IMG/VR virus record: IMGVR_UViG_3300014205_000183 | Strand: one strand, 5' to 3' | DNA: 64,000 bases | Origin: a virus | Lineage: Duplodnaviria; Caudoviricetes | In this document: one piece after another, positions 35,621 through 48,452 of the stretch | Position numbering within the stretch: position 1 is the first letter of the stretch | Layout: every line of letters begins with the position of its first letter | Notes under the pieces: model-generated | What the model saw: only the letters and a program-made list of their open reading frames with translations | The model's database searches: none | What the model was told of the DNA's origin: nothing | Made by a program: the position numbers and the translations under genes

Positions 35621-38600
35621 ATTTTATAGCCATCTCTTCGGGGTCAGAGGATATACCTCGCAAATTATCTGTGCGGCCACAACCTGGACCTGGTAATTTT
35701 GAAAACAACTTAAGCAGCTTCATGTCCAGCCTAGACGGACTACGATAGAAGGTATCACAGCGACACATGCAGGTGTCTGCCTGCCTGTTGCCCCAATCAA
35801 AAGGAGGCTGGGTATTAATTAACTCTGTCACTGAATACTCGCATGAGTATCAAATTTTATTTTACTAATAGCGGCTGGATTGCCGTAGCCTATATTCACC
35901 CATTCAGCGTATTCCAGATCATAACTGAGCGGCAATATATAATTACCGCACATGGCGCACGCCCCATCCCCGGAATTAAGGCCGATACTGGTTACAACCG
36001 CCTTAACAATGCCTCGAAAGGTTATACAACCTACCTCCATACCTAACATCAGGTCTTCTCGACCGAGCTTACTATTTATATTGGTAAAAGCAGCATGCGG
36101 ATTCTCAAAAGCAGCATCGGCCTCCACTAAACCCCACCGCACAATTCGACAACCAATCCTCTCCTTTACTGTCCAATTTAGAATACCCATGTCAGTACCA
36201 ACGAGTATGCCCTGCCGGGGAGGTATATCACCCACAAATTCACCGGGTTCTGGGACCATCTCGACCTTATGAACTGTTTTATCGTACACGAGTCGTCTCC
36301 TTTGTTAGCTTCTCATATTCAAGCTCACAGCAATCCCATACGCCACACTTAGGACATTTGGTACTCGTACATGAACCCTCAAAAGAGGCGTCAGCTTGCA
36401 AATCTGTGTGTGTGAAAGTAGCCCCACATTTGTAACACTCCACCTTCGTAGGCACGTACTTACACAGAAAATCAGGTGCAGGCGTCAACCAAGCTATATT
36501 CTGAGTATCTTTCTCTTCTCTTTTATCAAGCTGCCACACATCTATTTTGCCATCCCATAACTGTCGCAAGCATTCATGCCTGCCCCCATATGGTTTAAGC
36601 GCCATATCTATATCCCTCTCAGTTGATAAAATCTTATAGCTAGTAACCCGGCCATCCACCAAATCTTGTAGTACAAACTCTCTGGAGGTAGGAGGTGTTG
36701 TGGGTGTATTTTTCCCTTTTAATATTGTCTGTTCTATATCCTGAACCACAAGCTGTGTAATATATACATGTGATTTTCCTTGTACTGTTTTATTAGTTCT
36801 GCCTGCATCTGGGTTGCGCTTTATTGACTTTTTGTTAATCCTTATTAGGTATGCTATTGGCGTTCGATCTTTAAACTTTTTCATCACGTGCTCTCTCTGT
36901 AGATTGATATTTCCAGCAGGTTAATATTTAAAAATAATAAATGTATTGAGAATTTAGGGTTAGGCTCCATGTCAAACAAATCCAGGTTTATATTAAACTC
37001 AAAGAAAGATACCCCATCCTTAAAGTCTCTAATAAAATAAAATCCCGCCAGCTCAAAAACCCAACCACCAGGTAATGGGAACCATATGACATTCATAATT
37101 AACACGAGAAGTGGGTTTGCGCTGTGGGTTCATAAAATCGGAAAGTGGTACTGCGCAGAAACTCCTCCCATATGGATAAAGGCATAGTATCAGTACACCC
37201 ATCAAGCAAGTTGACTATCCGCAGCTCCTCCAGGCGAGGCATACTTCCCGTATTTTGCAATAACAGCTCTTGAAATTTGTTGCGTGCCATAATGTCAACT
37301 CTCTTCTTTTGGTAACTCTTCAACCTCAACACTAATTGTCACCTGCTTATTATTGAGAATACCTGTGCCCTCAACTTTAAACTCAGACCAATTTACACCT
37401 GCTCCGGCCACTCCGGCCAGAATGTCATTAACGCTTTTCTGTTCATCCGCCATATTAGCTCCTTATTTATAAATACTAATTAGTAAACAATCAAGTGCAC
37501 ACACTAATCCTACAATAGTTGCCAGGATCATCATCCGATACAACCGCCTGTACCAAAACACAATCGACATTAAAAATCAGCTACTGCGGCTATAGGAAGC
37601 AACTGTAGTAAATCTTCTGGGGTTAACAAGGTCATTGAGTCATCACCATCCTCGTCACCATCTCCGCAGTAGTGTGGACGTGTTCCCTGATGGCTTGTAG
37701 TTCCTTTATAATATCATTAACAGCAGCCTCTATGTTGTAACCCTCTTCATTCATAACAGTGCTAGGGGCGACTACTTTTGCTTGTGCATCTGCAATACGT
37801 GCATGCAGCTCTTCCTCAGATACTCCTACAAGCCTCAAGGTATGCCCATTTTTAAATGATAATACAAGGTCTGATTTAAAATCAAATGCAGCACCCAACA
37901 CTGGCTTTGCCTGCGGCTCTAACTCGGTTACTGTGGATATATCGGTAGGGTCAAAACTCTGCTGACCGTTGATTCTAATTAACATCGACTCCCCTTACTT
38001 AGATAAGCGTTTAGCCTGCTATTGAATTCATATCTGCATTAAGCCCTATGTTAATATCATGTATGACTGAATGTAGTAACTGCTGCTGTATGGCCGGGTC
38101 TTGAGAACTGGCCTCAATGGTTCGAATAGCTCCACTCTTCATACTAATATTGATCACTTTCACCTTTGTAGATGAGGTCACCATACCTTCTCGCTTGGTT
38201 TCCTGAACTTCCTCCGCCTCCTCGACTGCTTCTATATTAAGTGGATTGACAAACATTCCACCTAAGTTAACCATTGCTGCCATGGGCTTGCTCCTTAGAT
38301 CTAATATTTACAACCGGTGCAGGTGTCGCCTGGGGCTTAGGTGCAGAGGGTGGAGTACCTACTCCCTGACTATTCTCTTTTGGAGGTTGTTGTCTCCTGT
38401 TATAAGTAGATTTGGCCGGGCGCTCCTGTTGAATGTGGGTGTCAGGGTAATCAGGAACCCACATAGCGGTCTCATTATTCATTATTTTTAATATTACTTG
38501 TTCACCAACTTTTAAGGAGTCAATCACTTTAACAGGTGAGCGGTCATCCCAGATCTCCGTGATAAAGCCAGCCTGAGCCATAAGCTCTATAATGATATAC

Positions 38601-38930
38601 CGCTGATTTTTAAAACCACTTATCCGACCGCAGGCTACTATACGCCCCCTATTGGTGCGATCCAATACCAGGTCAAATGCTCGACGGAGATTATTGCTCA
38701 TCCGCATCATCCTCGTCAACCGGAATTGGCAATTCTCCTAGACCCCGTATGGAAAGCTCTTCGGGGTCTGCATCATCATCGTAGTTGCCTGCTGATGCCA
38801 TAGCGTCATCTTCAGCAGCCAGAGCATCGATCTCCTCCTCAATATCTTGTGGATCGATGTCATCAATATCCATACTTGAAAAATCATCAGGGTCACGTGG
38901 CATATATCCTCCTATTAAAATAATGTTCAC
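35619..38930 (-). CDS. Minus-strand block of hypothetical genes (35619-35831, 35828-36289, 36279-36887, 36884-37105, 37632-37985, 38011-38283, 38267-38719, 38691-38930)
   Basis: Coupled ORFs; the last is highly acidic. Confidence 0.5.
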
Positions 38931-39077
38931 TGATGAGTATAAATTTCAAAACTTCTGAAGTCAAGTATTTTTATAATGTTAAAAATAATATATCCTTTTA
39001 TTTTTTTGTTGACTTTTACTGTTTTATTTTATTACTTTAACTTTACACAAATATTCACACTAATAATAGGAGTTGGT

Positions 39078-39815
39078 ATGCACAATCGTTACCCCGAGAA
39101 GTTTGCCAAAATTACCCAAGACACTACGGTTCTACGTAAAATATCTACTGAAGTAGATATAGGCGATGCCACTCAGATAGAGCACTGCCGAGTCCTCGCA
39201 GAAGAAATGTCTGAAATTTTACTCATAAACAAAATAGAGCAGAATACCCTAGGCAAAACCCTCTCCTATGCAGACATAAACTCACTCGCTGATTGCTTCA
39301 AAAATATACAACTTGATGCAGGAAACATAATAGGATACGGACTAGCAGCTCGGCAGCTCAAATCCCAGGAAGCTGTAGACACTCCACGCTTATCTGTAGC
39401 AGTGCTACCTAGAGCAGTTAGAGGCAGTCGCACCCTCCAGGCCGGACAACTACTCTGGATGGTCAATCCCACCCTACTCCGCAGCTCCATCATGAAGAGG
39501 TACAAAGGAGAAGGCTGCTTAAGTATGCCTGGAGTATATCATAACACCGACCGGCATATGCTGGCTACTGTGGGCTTCATCGACCTTATAAAGCTATTAG
39601 AGAACCCCACAGACCCCCTCAAAGCCGCACGTGAGATAGAGTTCGCAGGTGTTGAAGCGGTGGTCATGCAACATGAGTTAGACCACCATGATGGTAAACT
39701 ATTCACTGATAAAGCACGGGTCCCCGCTGTAAAGCAAGACAAGATAGGTATGAATGAACCCTGTCCTTGTGGCTCAGGTAAAAAGTATAAGAAATGCTGC
39801 GCGGGTAAAATATAA
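39078..39815 (+). CDS. def: Peptide deformylase with C-terminal SEC-C motif
   Basis: [19 protein letters not shown]; [24 protein letters not shown] before ATG at 39078. Confidence 0.9.
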   Translation: MHNRYPEKFAKITQDTTVLRKISTEVDIGDATQIEHCRVLAEEMSEILLINKIEQNTLGKTLSYADINSLADCFKNIQLDAGNIIGYGLAARQLKSQEAVDTPRLSVAVLPRAVRGSRTLQAGQLLWMVNPTLLRSSIMKRYKGEGCLSMPGVYHNTDRHMLATVGFIDLIKLLENPTDPLKAAREIEFAGVEAVVMQHELDHHDGKLFTDKARVPAVKQDKIGMNEPCPCGSGKKYKKCCAGKI

Positions 39816-39817
39816 TT

Positions 39818-40240
39818 ATGAGCCAAAAACAGAAAACAATCAAATTTATACCGATAAGTAAGATACTAGCAATGTATAAAAAAGGAGTAACGTGTACAAA
39901 CATTGCACAACAATGTGGCACATATGGTGCCATAATTACCGGTATACTACGGACCGCAGGTATTCGTATACGCACTAGGTCAGAAATTTCTTCAGCGCCT
40001 CGACTAAAGGGTAAATGGGCTAGAAAATATGATGCATGTATCGATTGTGGAGGTACTGATAAAAAGCATGTTGGAAAAGGATTATGCTGCAATTGTTATC
40101 AACTCAGAATCGTAGTTGAAAAAAGAGGATATACCTGCGAGTACAAGGCAGGAAAACGAATATTTAATCAAGAACATAAAGCTAAATTAAGTAAAGCTGC
40201 GTATAAGAGACATAACAAAAAGGATTCACATGATTCGTAA
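39818..40240 (+). CDS. HTH/Zn-finger DNA-binding protein, homing-endonuclease-associated type
   Basis: HTH-like N-terminus, CIDC..H..KGLC..CY, EHKAKLS. Confidence 0.55.
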   Translation: MSQKQKTIKFIPISKILAMYKKGVTCTNIAQQCGTYGAIITGILRTAGIRIRTRSEISSAPRLKGKWARKYDACIDCGGTDKKHVGKGLCCNCYQLRIVVEKRGYTCEYKAGKRIFNQEHKAKLSKAAYKRHNKKDSHDS

Positions 40241-43200
40241 CGCTGTAAAGAAAACTAAGGCTGGGAAAGTAAAAAACACAAAAATCATAAGCCGTGTCGC
40301 CAGGATCTCAGAAGAGTACCCAGATGCACTTAAGATGGCCGGCTATGATGATTGTATTCTTGGTATATGCACCCGCTTCGGACAAGAGCCTATAATAGCC
40401 TACGATAGAGCTAAGGTTTTAGCCAACCTTCAGCGCGATGGAATGTCGTATGAAGATGCAGAAGAATTTTTTGAGTTTAATCAAATCGGTGCTTGGATGG
40501 GTGATGCAACACCATGCTTCGTTGATCTTTACTAATACAGAAGGGAGTTAACATGGCCACCACAATATTAAATTCATCAAAAGACGGCAAAGTGGTATTG
40601 GAGATGGACACGCAATTCATCGTCCGGGCACCAGGCTGTATTACCCGTACTTATTCTGACCTCTCTCAAGTGGTATTTGATTTCGGTATAAAGGTAATAG
40701 ATCACGAGGCGGGAATTAAACGTACATCACCAACTGAAGATGCTCCCAAACCATCACCCATAACAACGCCAGATACTCGTCCATATATCCTCGATGAAGA
40801 ACTTGTAGAAGACGCAATATTCCGAAATATAAAAACAAAAGCTAGTTATCAGATTGTGGGAATAGTAAAAAATACCACTAATGATCATGATGGCCAAACA
40901 ATGGTGGCGTATCGACAATTGGGGGTACTCGCCCGTAAGGAGTTCTTTGTCCGTGAAAAAGAAGAATTCAAATGTAAGTTTATAAAGGTACCTGGGCTAT
41001 GATGAAACGCAGTCATTATGAGCGGCTGCTCAGCATTGTGGACCATAACCTGCTACAGATTTTTGACCAGGCGAATGCCCGAAACTTTGAAGAATTTGTA
41101 GAGATTCCAGCTATGCGAATTATGGTGGGGGATGAAAATAACCCGCAGTTTGCCAGCATGAACTCCACGCTACAACTGCTATTTCACCTATACTCCATGC
41201 GTAAGCACGGTGAAAAAATATTTGTGCTTGAACCAGATATTACCTTGATGTTGTCCAACACTGACATCAAAGGTGTGATAGGAAATCAATTAAGAACTCC
41301 TTATCAAGAACAACTATTTGTATTACCTGAAAATCAAACTCTGTTAGAACTGTACAATCCTGATACTGGGTACCACCGGCTATCTGAAATATATGTGTCT
41401 TATCTTGATGGCGAACTGAGGCTAATGGCTGTGGGCGCAGCCAATGGAAACTCAATAGATGAACATGATGACACTTTTGCATACTTCCGGTTTGTAATCA
41501 CAGGCGACCAAGACCTTAAAGCACAGATCACGGCCCAAATTGATCATCACAGTAAAGACAGCCTCCTGGTACTGTCAGGTGGCGTACATAATCTGGATAA
41601 GGCCGCATACTTATTTAATTTCATCCTCAATACATTGCTATATGTGTGCTCACCAGACGCAGAGACCTACTACGAAGGTTGGGCGGACGTAGATCGTAAA
41701 ATTAGCAAGCTGAGTGGGAAAGCTAAAAAAGCGGCCATAAGCAAGCTAAAAGCACGACACCACTTCCTCAAAATACGCCTGGGGGCTAATGTTAAATTAA
41801 CTGCTGAACAGCGACAGTATTATGCCAGTGGTTCTACCAGTAAACGCACCTTAGTTATGGGGCACTGGATGCATTATCATATTGGTGTAGGCCGCACAGA
41901 GATAGTGCTAAAATGGCGACAACCCTTCTGGCGCGGTGTCGGTGAATTATCGAACGTACCTCATCTTTTATAAGGAGTCTGCATGGAAAACGAAGAGTAC
42001 AAACAATTATTGGGTTTCGGTGAAATTTATAAGAGTGGCATGCCAGTAGCGGCTCTTTCGGATATAATCGCAGCAATTGGTGAAAGCGAACCTTTAAATG
42101 TAAACTTCTTCAATCGACATAAAATACCCCAACAGGATCTTGAAACTAGTATGCCTATAGGTATTATGACGGACAACGGAGTGGTTAATGCAGTAGTCAA
42201 GAGTATTGAGAAAAATGCTAAGACCGCCACAGCAGTAAACTCCGGGCATATATACCCGCTGGAATACTGCCCGGATAAAGAATGTTGGGTAAATCACACC
42301 GCCATGAGTACTCGTGGCGTAAATACAAGTCGATTCCTACAGGAGCAGATATAAACGTATGGCTAAGTTAACAAGATTAATACACACCATTTATGATGTA
42401 GGTGGTTCTCGAAAAATAGCAACTATGATAGACCTGCCAATAAAAGTGGATACTAAAGGTCGGTTTGCATGTAAAACCGAAGATCCCCAGGTTATAGCTT
42501 ATGCAGACCAGTCCCTGCCAGACATCTCAGCATACCGACAGGGTGTATTTTATTCTCATAATTTAGAAGATTTAAAATCCCTAGTTATTAGAACATATAA
42601 AGAGGCTTATTGTACAACCAGTAAAGAAGAGTTAGTTATACGATACACCGTGAAAGCCAAGATGTCATTTGTTCGGGATGGGGCTGACTATAGACCTAAT
42701 GCCTGTAGCCCACAAAACCCCAATGATTGGGAGTGGGAAAAGCACCCTTTTTTCGGAGATATCCATGCTGGCTCTAATCGGGAGGCTTACTCAATATCTC
42801 TTGGAGCATATATCCTGACACGTGTCACCGTGTATCGGGCAAATGGTACTTCTTACTATACTTACACCTCTGCCGAGGACACGTTACTTGGCCATTGGGG
42901 AAAAGAGTTAGAAAGCTGGTGCGGTCTACGTCGTCATATGGCTGAGGTGGATGAAACAGAACAAGAAATACCATACTCTGAAGAAGCGGCAAAGTTTTTC
43001 CATCTAAGCATGTTATCACTGGTTAAACTGGCAGATAGTATGTTTCAATTCTTTAACAAACCACAAAATGAACTGCTGGCAATAATAAAAACCGGTACTC
43101 AAAGGGTATTAACCAACAAGGGGAATGCTGATGTCTGAATCTATAAAACAACCTCGCCAACCCTGCATGGACGTTCGTGTCGGGGCAGAGTGTATGAATA

Positions 43201-46200
43201 AACAGACCACCCGTAAAGACGTATGTGACGCCTGCGGTACCTGTAATAATCATTTTGGATTCTTCTTAGATGATTTAATGGGTGAACTATTTTATGAGTT
43301 AGAACGAATACAGGATGGTCAAGCTGGACACCGAGTAGCCTTTAAAGCACCCTCTAAAGAAAAGGCCATACAGATTATGTGTGAACGGTTAAAACCCTTC
43401 TTGTTGAAGGCTATGTATGCATGTGATGCCCATGGAAGAGAGGTGCAGCATGGCTGACGCCGAATGCCCCTACTGCTCTGCCGCAGTAGAAATCAATCAT
43501 GACGATGGATATGGTTATAGTGAAAATGAAACCTATACACAAGAATGTCACGCATGTGGTAAAACTTTTGTGTTCACTACCTGTATAAGTTTTGACTATG
43601 AAACATTTGAAGCTCCTTGTCAAAATGGCGGTGAGCATGCTTGGGTTCCTGTTAAAGGACATCCGCCTGAAGCATATCAATACAAAAAACGATGTAGCTA
43701 CTGTTCTGAAGAAATTATAACTGACCAGGCAGCATATGATGCCGCGTGGAATGTATATCTTGATAGTTTTAAAAATAGGCCACCACCTACTAAGAATTGT
43801 CCGCCTTTTGAAAAGATATCTACCCCTGATAAAAAGGAGATATAAAATGAGCGCATTCCAACAAGTTCCTGCGGATGATCCTCTAATGATTGCATGGGCA
43901 GCCTTTAAAGAAACTGACAAATATCGCAACATTATGTATTGGATTGAAAGAGAACACTATGCAGGAGAAACATGGGCGTTATTTGTTGCAGGGTATGAAG
44001 CGGCTACAAAGGATCATACTAAAACTATAACACTTATTCCACAAAAACTACCAATCGCACCAGCAACCTGTCAATACCATGAGTGGTTACGCCTTGGAAA
44101 AGAATTTACCGGTTTTGTGACCTGCCCATATTGTAGTCAACCATTGTAAAAGGAAAACAGTATGATTAAATTATTTTTATCTTTATTTATTCCAGGGGTG
44201 CTACTCATTATCCTGGGTAAACTGGATTTAGATCCTAATTCTATTGCACTCATCACGTTCGGGGGTGGTCTGGTGATATCCGCGTTCTTTTTAATCTGGT
44301 TATATCATGGGCTGCCATTCCCCTTTATAAATATAGCCTGCAAATTAAATATACATCACTGGCTTGGTACGGGGAATATAGGGTCATCTCAAGTCTTCTG
44401 GTACGGACACCGAGATGCACAGCACAAAAAAGTTTTTAAATATGTCGAAGGTAAAGAGGTCTGTTGTAAAAAATGCGGAGCATATGCTACAGAGCTGCTA
44501 CACAAAAGAGAAAACTGGGAATATGTCAAACGGGCAGTAGGTGAACAGAGAACAAGGGAGATCTGCTTCCCTTATATGTATAACAATCAAAATGATTAAT
44601 GGAGGCGGTATGAGAGCATGGTATAATAATAGTGCAGAAGCTGTGCATGTCCTATTAGGTGAGGGAGAAGAGCTGCTAATGTCCGTAGCTAAAGCAAAAC
44701 AATATATCGAGCAGCTTAACAAGGCGGTAGCTGAGGCTGAAAACCTTACAATAAAAACTTCACCCTCCGGTCTATTTGATTTCGGTGCTAATGACACTGA
44801 TTATCGATTCATGGTATTGACGGTGCGTAATGAAGGGGCAGCTGATAAACATGTGACTGTATATGTACATAAAAGTCAACTACCTAAAAACATGCAAAAA
44901 AGCCTAGTGCCTGCGGATTTCGACTGGTTGCAGAGCTTGCTTCCACCGCGGCTGGCAGGAACAGTTATCGCTATGGAGGCCATAGAAGCAAGCCTAACCT
45001 ATATCAAGTCAACCAGTGAGGAGTAATATGGAACACAATCTTGAATTAAACCGATGGCATGTCAATGAAGACCAAACTTGCTTTGTTAAACCATTAGAAG
45101 AATTAGGTCCAGATAAACGAGCACTATGTATCTTTATTGCGACCAGTCATTCGCATGTACAAGTAACCCGAAGCCGCCGAGATGCCCTATTATTAAAACA
45201 AGACGCATATACCCCCTGCGAAGCTAAACCGATCGAACTATACACGTCGCAGCTAGCATCTAAGTTGATGGGCGCCTATCAGCCTGGAGAACGTAACAGT
45301 TACCCCTTTAAAAACAGTAAGCAGACACCCGGCATATTGAAATTTTTTGGGCAGGCAGATTGAGGAGCATACATGCAAAATGATATGTATACTAAAGTAA
45401 ATATAGAGTTATTGATACTGAATGATAAGCAGACCAATAAACCTTTAATGCAGCTTCCCGTAATGGAATCTATTACGAAAGGTAGTCCTATTGAATTGCG
45501 GGTAATATTCACCACTCCTGAAGGTGCCGCGTATATTACACCTGCTGATGAAGGAAAACCTATACGAGCACATCTGGTGGGATTTGCAATACCTTCAAAA
45601 TCTGGTAAATCTTAAATAAAATCGGAGGGACAATGTGTGCGCCTAAGTATGTAAGAAAAATAAAACCATTTACCTGGTATGATGCCACAAAGGTGACTCC
45701 TCCTCCAGAAATGTGGGGAGGTGCGCACCCGCTACTAATTATACGAAAAGGACAACCAGAATGGGAAAAAGGCTGGTACACCACAACGGCGGACTCCCAA
45801 CCACTCTGGATAATTCCACAGAGACCGGGGGACACAGCGGAGGTTGCGTATTGGATGGATATAACTACTGATGATGTCACACTAATTAATGACGGACTAC
45901 ATCGACATGTTAAACATGAAGACCCTAGATGGTCACCACATACATATACCTGCATCTGCGGCTTCGAGACACCAGAAAATGCTGTATGGAGTATACACCT
46001 TAAAAATAAAAAATAATGTAAAGGAACAACATGCAGTACATAAAATGGTTTGCGCAACTAAATTTATTTCAACCTCAAAAAGCTAAATCTCTAGCTGAAC
46101 TTGAATTAAATGTGGGAGACAAGATAGTTGTATTACAAGACGATGGTAGTCCATATGCTATGTGCGGGGCTGTATATCCTCCAGTCCAGAATACATTAGT

Positions 46201-47110
46201 ACAGAGAAAGAATAAACTTCTAGGAAAACCGTTATTAGCATAACAAAGTATGATACTCACTCAACTAAAGTCGCAAAGATTCGGGTCTAAAGCCCATGTA
46301 TTAATATTCCCACCGGATGCTAAACACCCTTCGGAATATTCCACTTGCTTAGAATGGGATGCAATAACTGCAAAAACTCCTCCGACTAAAATGCAGGCTT
46401 ATCTGCAAGATAGAACGAATGCCCGTAAATACCAAGAAAGTTGTACAGATACTTTCATTTCACATGGATTAACAGAACGAAATATAACACCCAAAGAACT
46501 AAACGCTACTCGATTAAAATTAAAACAAAGGAAACTACATGGCTGATAAAGTACACACTGTCAGAGGCACTCTGTTCATCGACATTGACGGCACTATAAT
46601 AAGTAGTGAGTCGGGTGAGCCACTATCCCAGGCCGTTGAAAAAATTAACAAAGCACATGCAGACGGGTATCTTATTATACTGACTACGCTGCGTGGTGCA
46701 TGGTTTGCACCTGATTCTATATATTCTACAACCGAAACCCTGAGACTGTTAAAATCTATAGGTCTTATCTATGACCACATTATATGGGACTGCCCTTCAC
46801 CTAGAAAAATAATAAATGATGATGGTGCTGCGGCCATAAACCATCCTCGCAATAGTGGCTGGGAAAACTATAACTTTTAACCTGTTGGGGGAACATGCAT
46901 ATACATAAATTCAAACACATACCCTTAACCTTGGGGTTAGTAAAACGTGGAGTCTTGGCTAGACGCGGTTGTGTTAAGTGTGGTCGCACCTTCATAAAAA
47001 AATATATTTATCGTAATATTTTCGGTGGGCTTAAGTGGGTAGAAACCCGGCAGCTGCCGCTCGAAGAGGCAGAGGCGGCCTGCGGCGTAATAAAAAATAA
47101 TACAAATTAG
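40230..47110 (+). CDS. Plus-strand run of ~15 hypothetical genes (includes DUF1653-like 40553-41002, 40999-41973, 42359-43138, Cys-rich ~43450-43845, membrane 44162-44599)
   Basis: Dense co-oriented ORFs with GGAG RBSs. Confidence 0.55.
46539..46880 (+). CDS. Minimal HAD-family phosphatase
   Basis: FIDIDGT, ILTTLR, INDD. Confidence 0.75.
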   Translation: MADKVHTVRGTLFIDIDGTIISSESGEPLSQAVEKINKAHADGYLIILTTLRGAWFAPDSIYSTTETLRLLKSIGLIYDHIIWDCPSPRKIINDDGAAAINHPRNSGWENYNF

Positions 47111-47124
47111 AATAGGAGTCCTCA

Positions 47125-47439
47125 ATGAGTAAACCAGAAATCAAAATCAGTAAACCAGTAGAGACACCGCCAAGTAATAACGCGGAGTTCGTAGATACTT
47201 TAACATATAAGTCGGTCAGCTTCGGCGACCGAACCGGGCATGCAAAAGATGCTCGCTATTTAGCAATATCAAAGTACGGTGAAAAGGAAGTAGCCGCCTT
47301 GACTGACCGTGAGATTGGAGAAAGGTTTATAGAAGACGGGCTTATACCTGTCAAGATTAATTCGAATACACAGGATGATGAAACCATCTTCTTAATATCC
47401 AAAGCAGTGTTACGCCGAGTAAATGTTTTGTCAAGATAA
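47125..47439 (+). CDS. Hypothetical protein
   Basis: AGGAG RBS; convergent with nadD. Confidence 0.55.
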   Translation: MSKPEIKISKPVETPPSNNAEFVDTLTYKSVSFGDRTGHAKDARYLAISKYGEKEVAALTDREIGERFIEDGLIPVKINSNTQDDETIFLISKAVLRRVNVLSR

Positions 47440-48054
47440 GTAAAGATTGTAGTATTCAATATATCCCGCCACCGAGGGGTGTAGCATCGCACATGCCTGT
47501 TTAAGATTCTTATTTACCAGATTATCTCGCACAGCCGTGGAGGAGGTATCTGATATATGGGCGTGCGGAAAAACTTGATGAGGAGGATTTCTGTACCACT
47601 CCTGTAGACCTCCCTCTCCCACTCGGGGAAATACCAAAAAGGGAATCATCTTCAGCAAATCCTCATACCTATACCAAGAATTTATAGTGTCTGCATTGTC
47701 TTGTCCAATAATGTAGCTAAACTCATAAGCAGCGAACAGAGGGTCAGCCAACAACTGCGTTATAAAATCATAAGTGTGCCCTGATGTTAGATTAAGTGTC
47801 TCCTCATAACTAAACACGGACATCTTAGATGGGGAGTTTAAAGAGGATATAGGCAACATAAGCGCACACATTTTGACTCTGTGATCGTAATCCACAAGCT
47901 GCTTACCGAAGGCATGACCAAGGCAAGGGGTGATCCATACCTCATCTACTGCCTTACGAGCTACAGCCGCCTGTGCAAGCTCCAGGTGGCCTATGGTGGG
48001 AGGATTAAAGGCACCTCCTAATATGCCTACTCGTGTTTTTACAGCAGTATCCAT
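47431..48054 (-). CDS. nadD: Nicotinate-nucleotide adenylyltransferase
   Basis: GILGGAFNPPTIGH, IIGQDN...W, SSTAVR. Confidence 0.9.
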   Translation of the reverse strand: MDTAVKTRVGILGGAFNPPTIGHLELAQAAVARKAVDEVWITPCLGHAFGKQLVDYDHRVKMCALMLPISSLNSPSKMSVFSYEETLNLTSGHTYDFITQLLADPLFAAYEFSYIIGQDNADTINSWYRYEDLLKMIPFLVFPRVGEGGLQEWYRNPPHQVFPHAHISDTSSTAVRDNLVNKNLKQACAMLHPSVAGYIEYYNLYLS

Positions 48055-48452
48055 TTACGACTCCTTTTCTTACGCTCAGCGCGAGCATGCTGGAGAACAT
48101 CTGGGGGGAGTGGAAATCCTTTAGATTTGAATCGACACTTGATGGGAAGTTTAGGCAACGCCACCCAGTATATTACATCGACCCAAGCTCCGCTATACCC
48201 CTCTTGCCAACACTTGGCCAGATCATTAAAATGAACAAACGCCTTCCGAAACAGTATATCACCTACGTCGTGTGTAAAAAATTTAGGTTTATTCTCAGCC
48301 GTAACTACTTCTTGAATAATCCCAATAACCATGGCATGTTCTGGTAGTAGTTTGTCTGCCTTAATCCATCCCCGACCATACAACTGAGGAACGTTATGAT
48401 ACCGCTGCATAGCCACGCGGCGGCGGTCATCTCTTTCAATTTTTTCTTTCAT
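48039..48452 (-). CDS. Hypothetical protein, DUF551-like
   Basis: WIKADKLLPE...VIYWVALP. Confidence 0.55.
   Translation of the reverse strand: MKEKIERDDRRRVAMQRYHNVPQLYGRGWIKADKLLPEHAMVIGIIQEVVTAENKPKFFTHDVGDILFRKAFVHFNDLAKCWQEGYSGAWVDVIYWVALPKLPIKCRFKSKGFPLPPDVLQHARAERKKRSRKWILL

Noticed and set aside
38976-39077. N-terminal membrane anchor on the deformylase
   Set aside because: The hydrophobic extension is the T-rich promoter region read in frame; the RBS supports a start at 39078.
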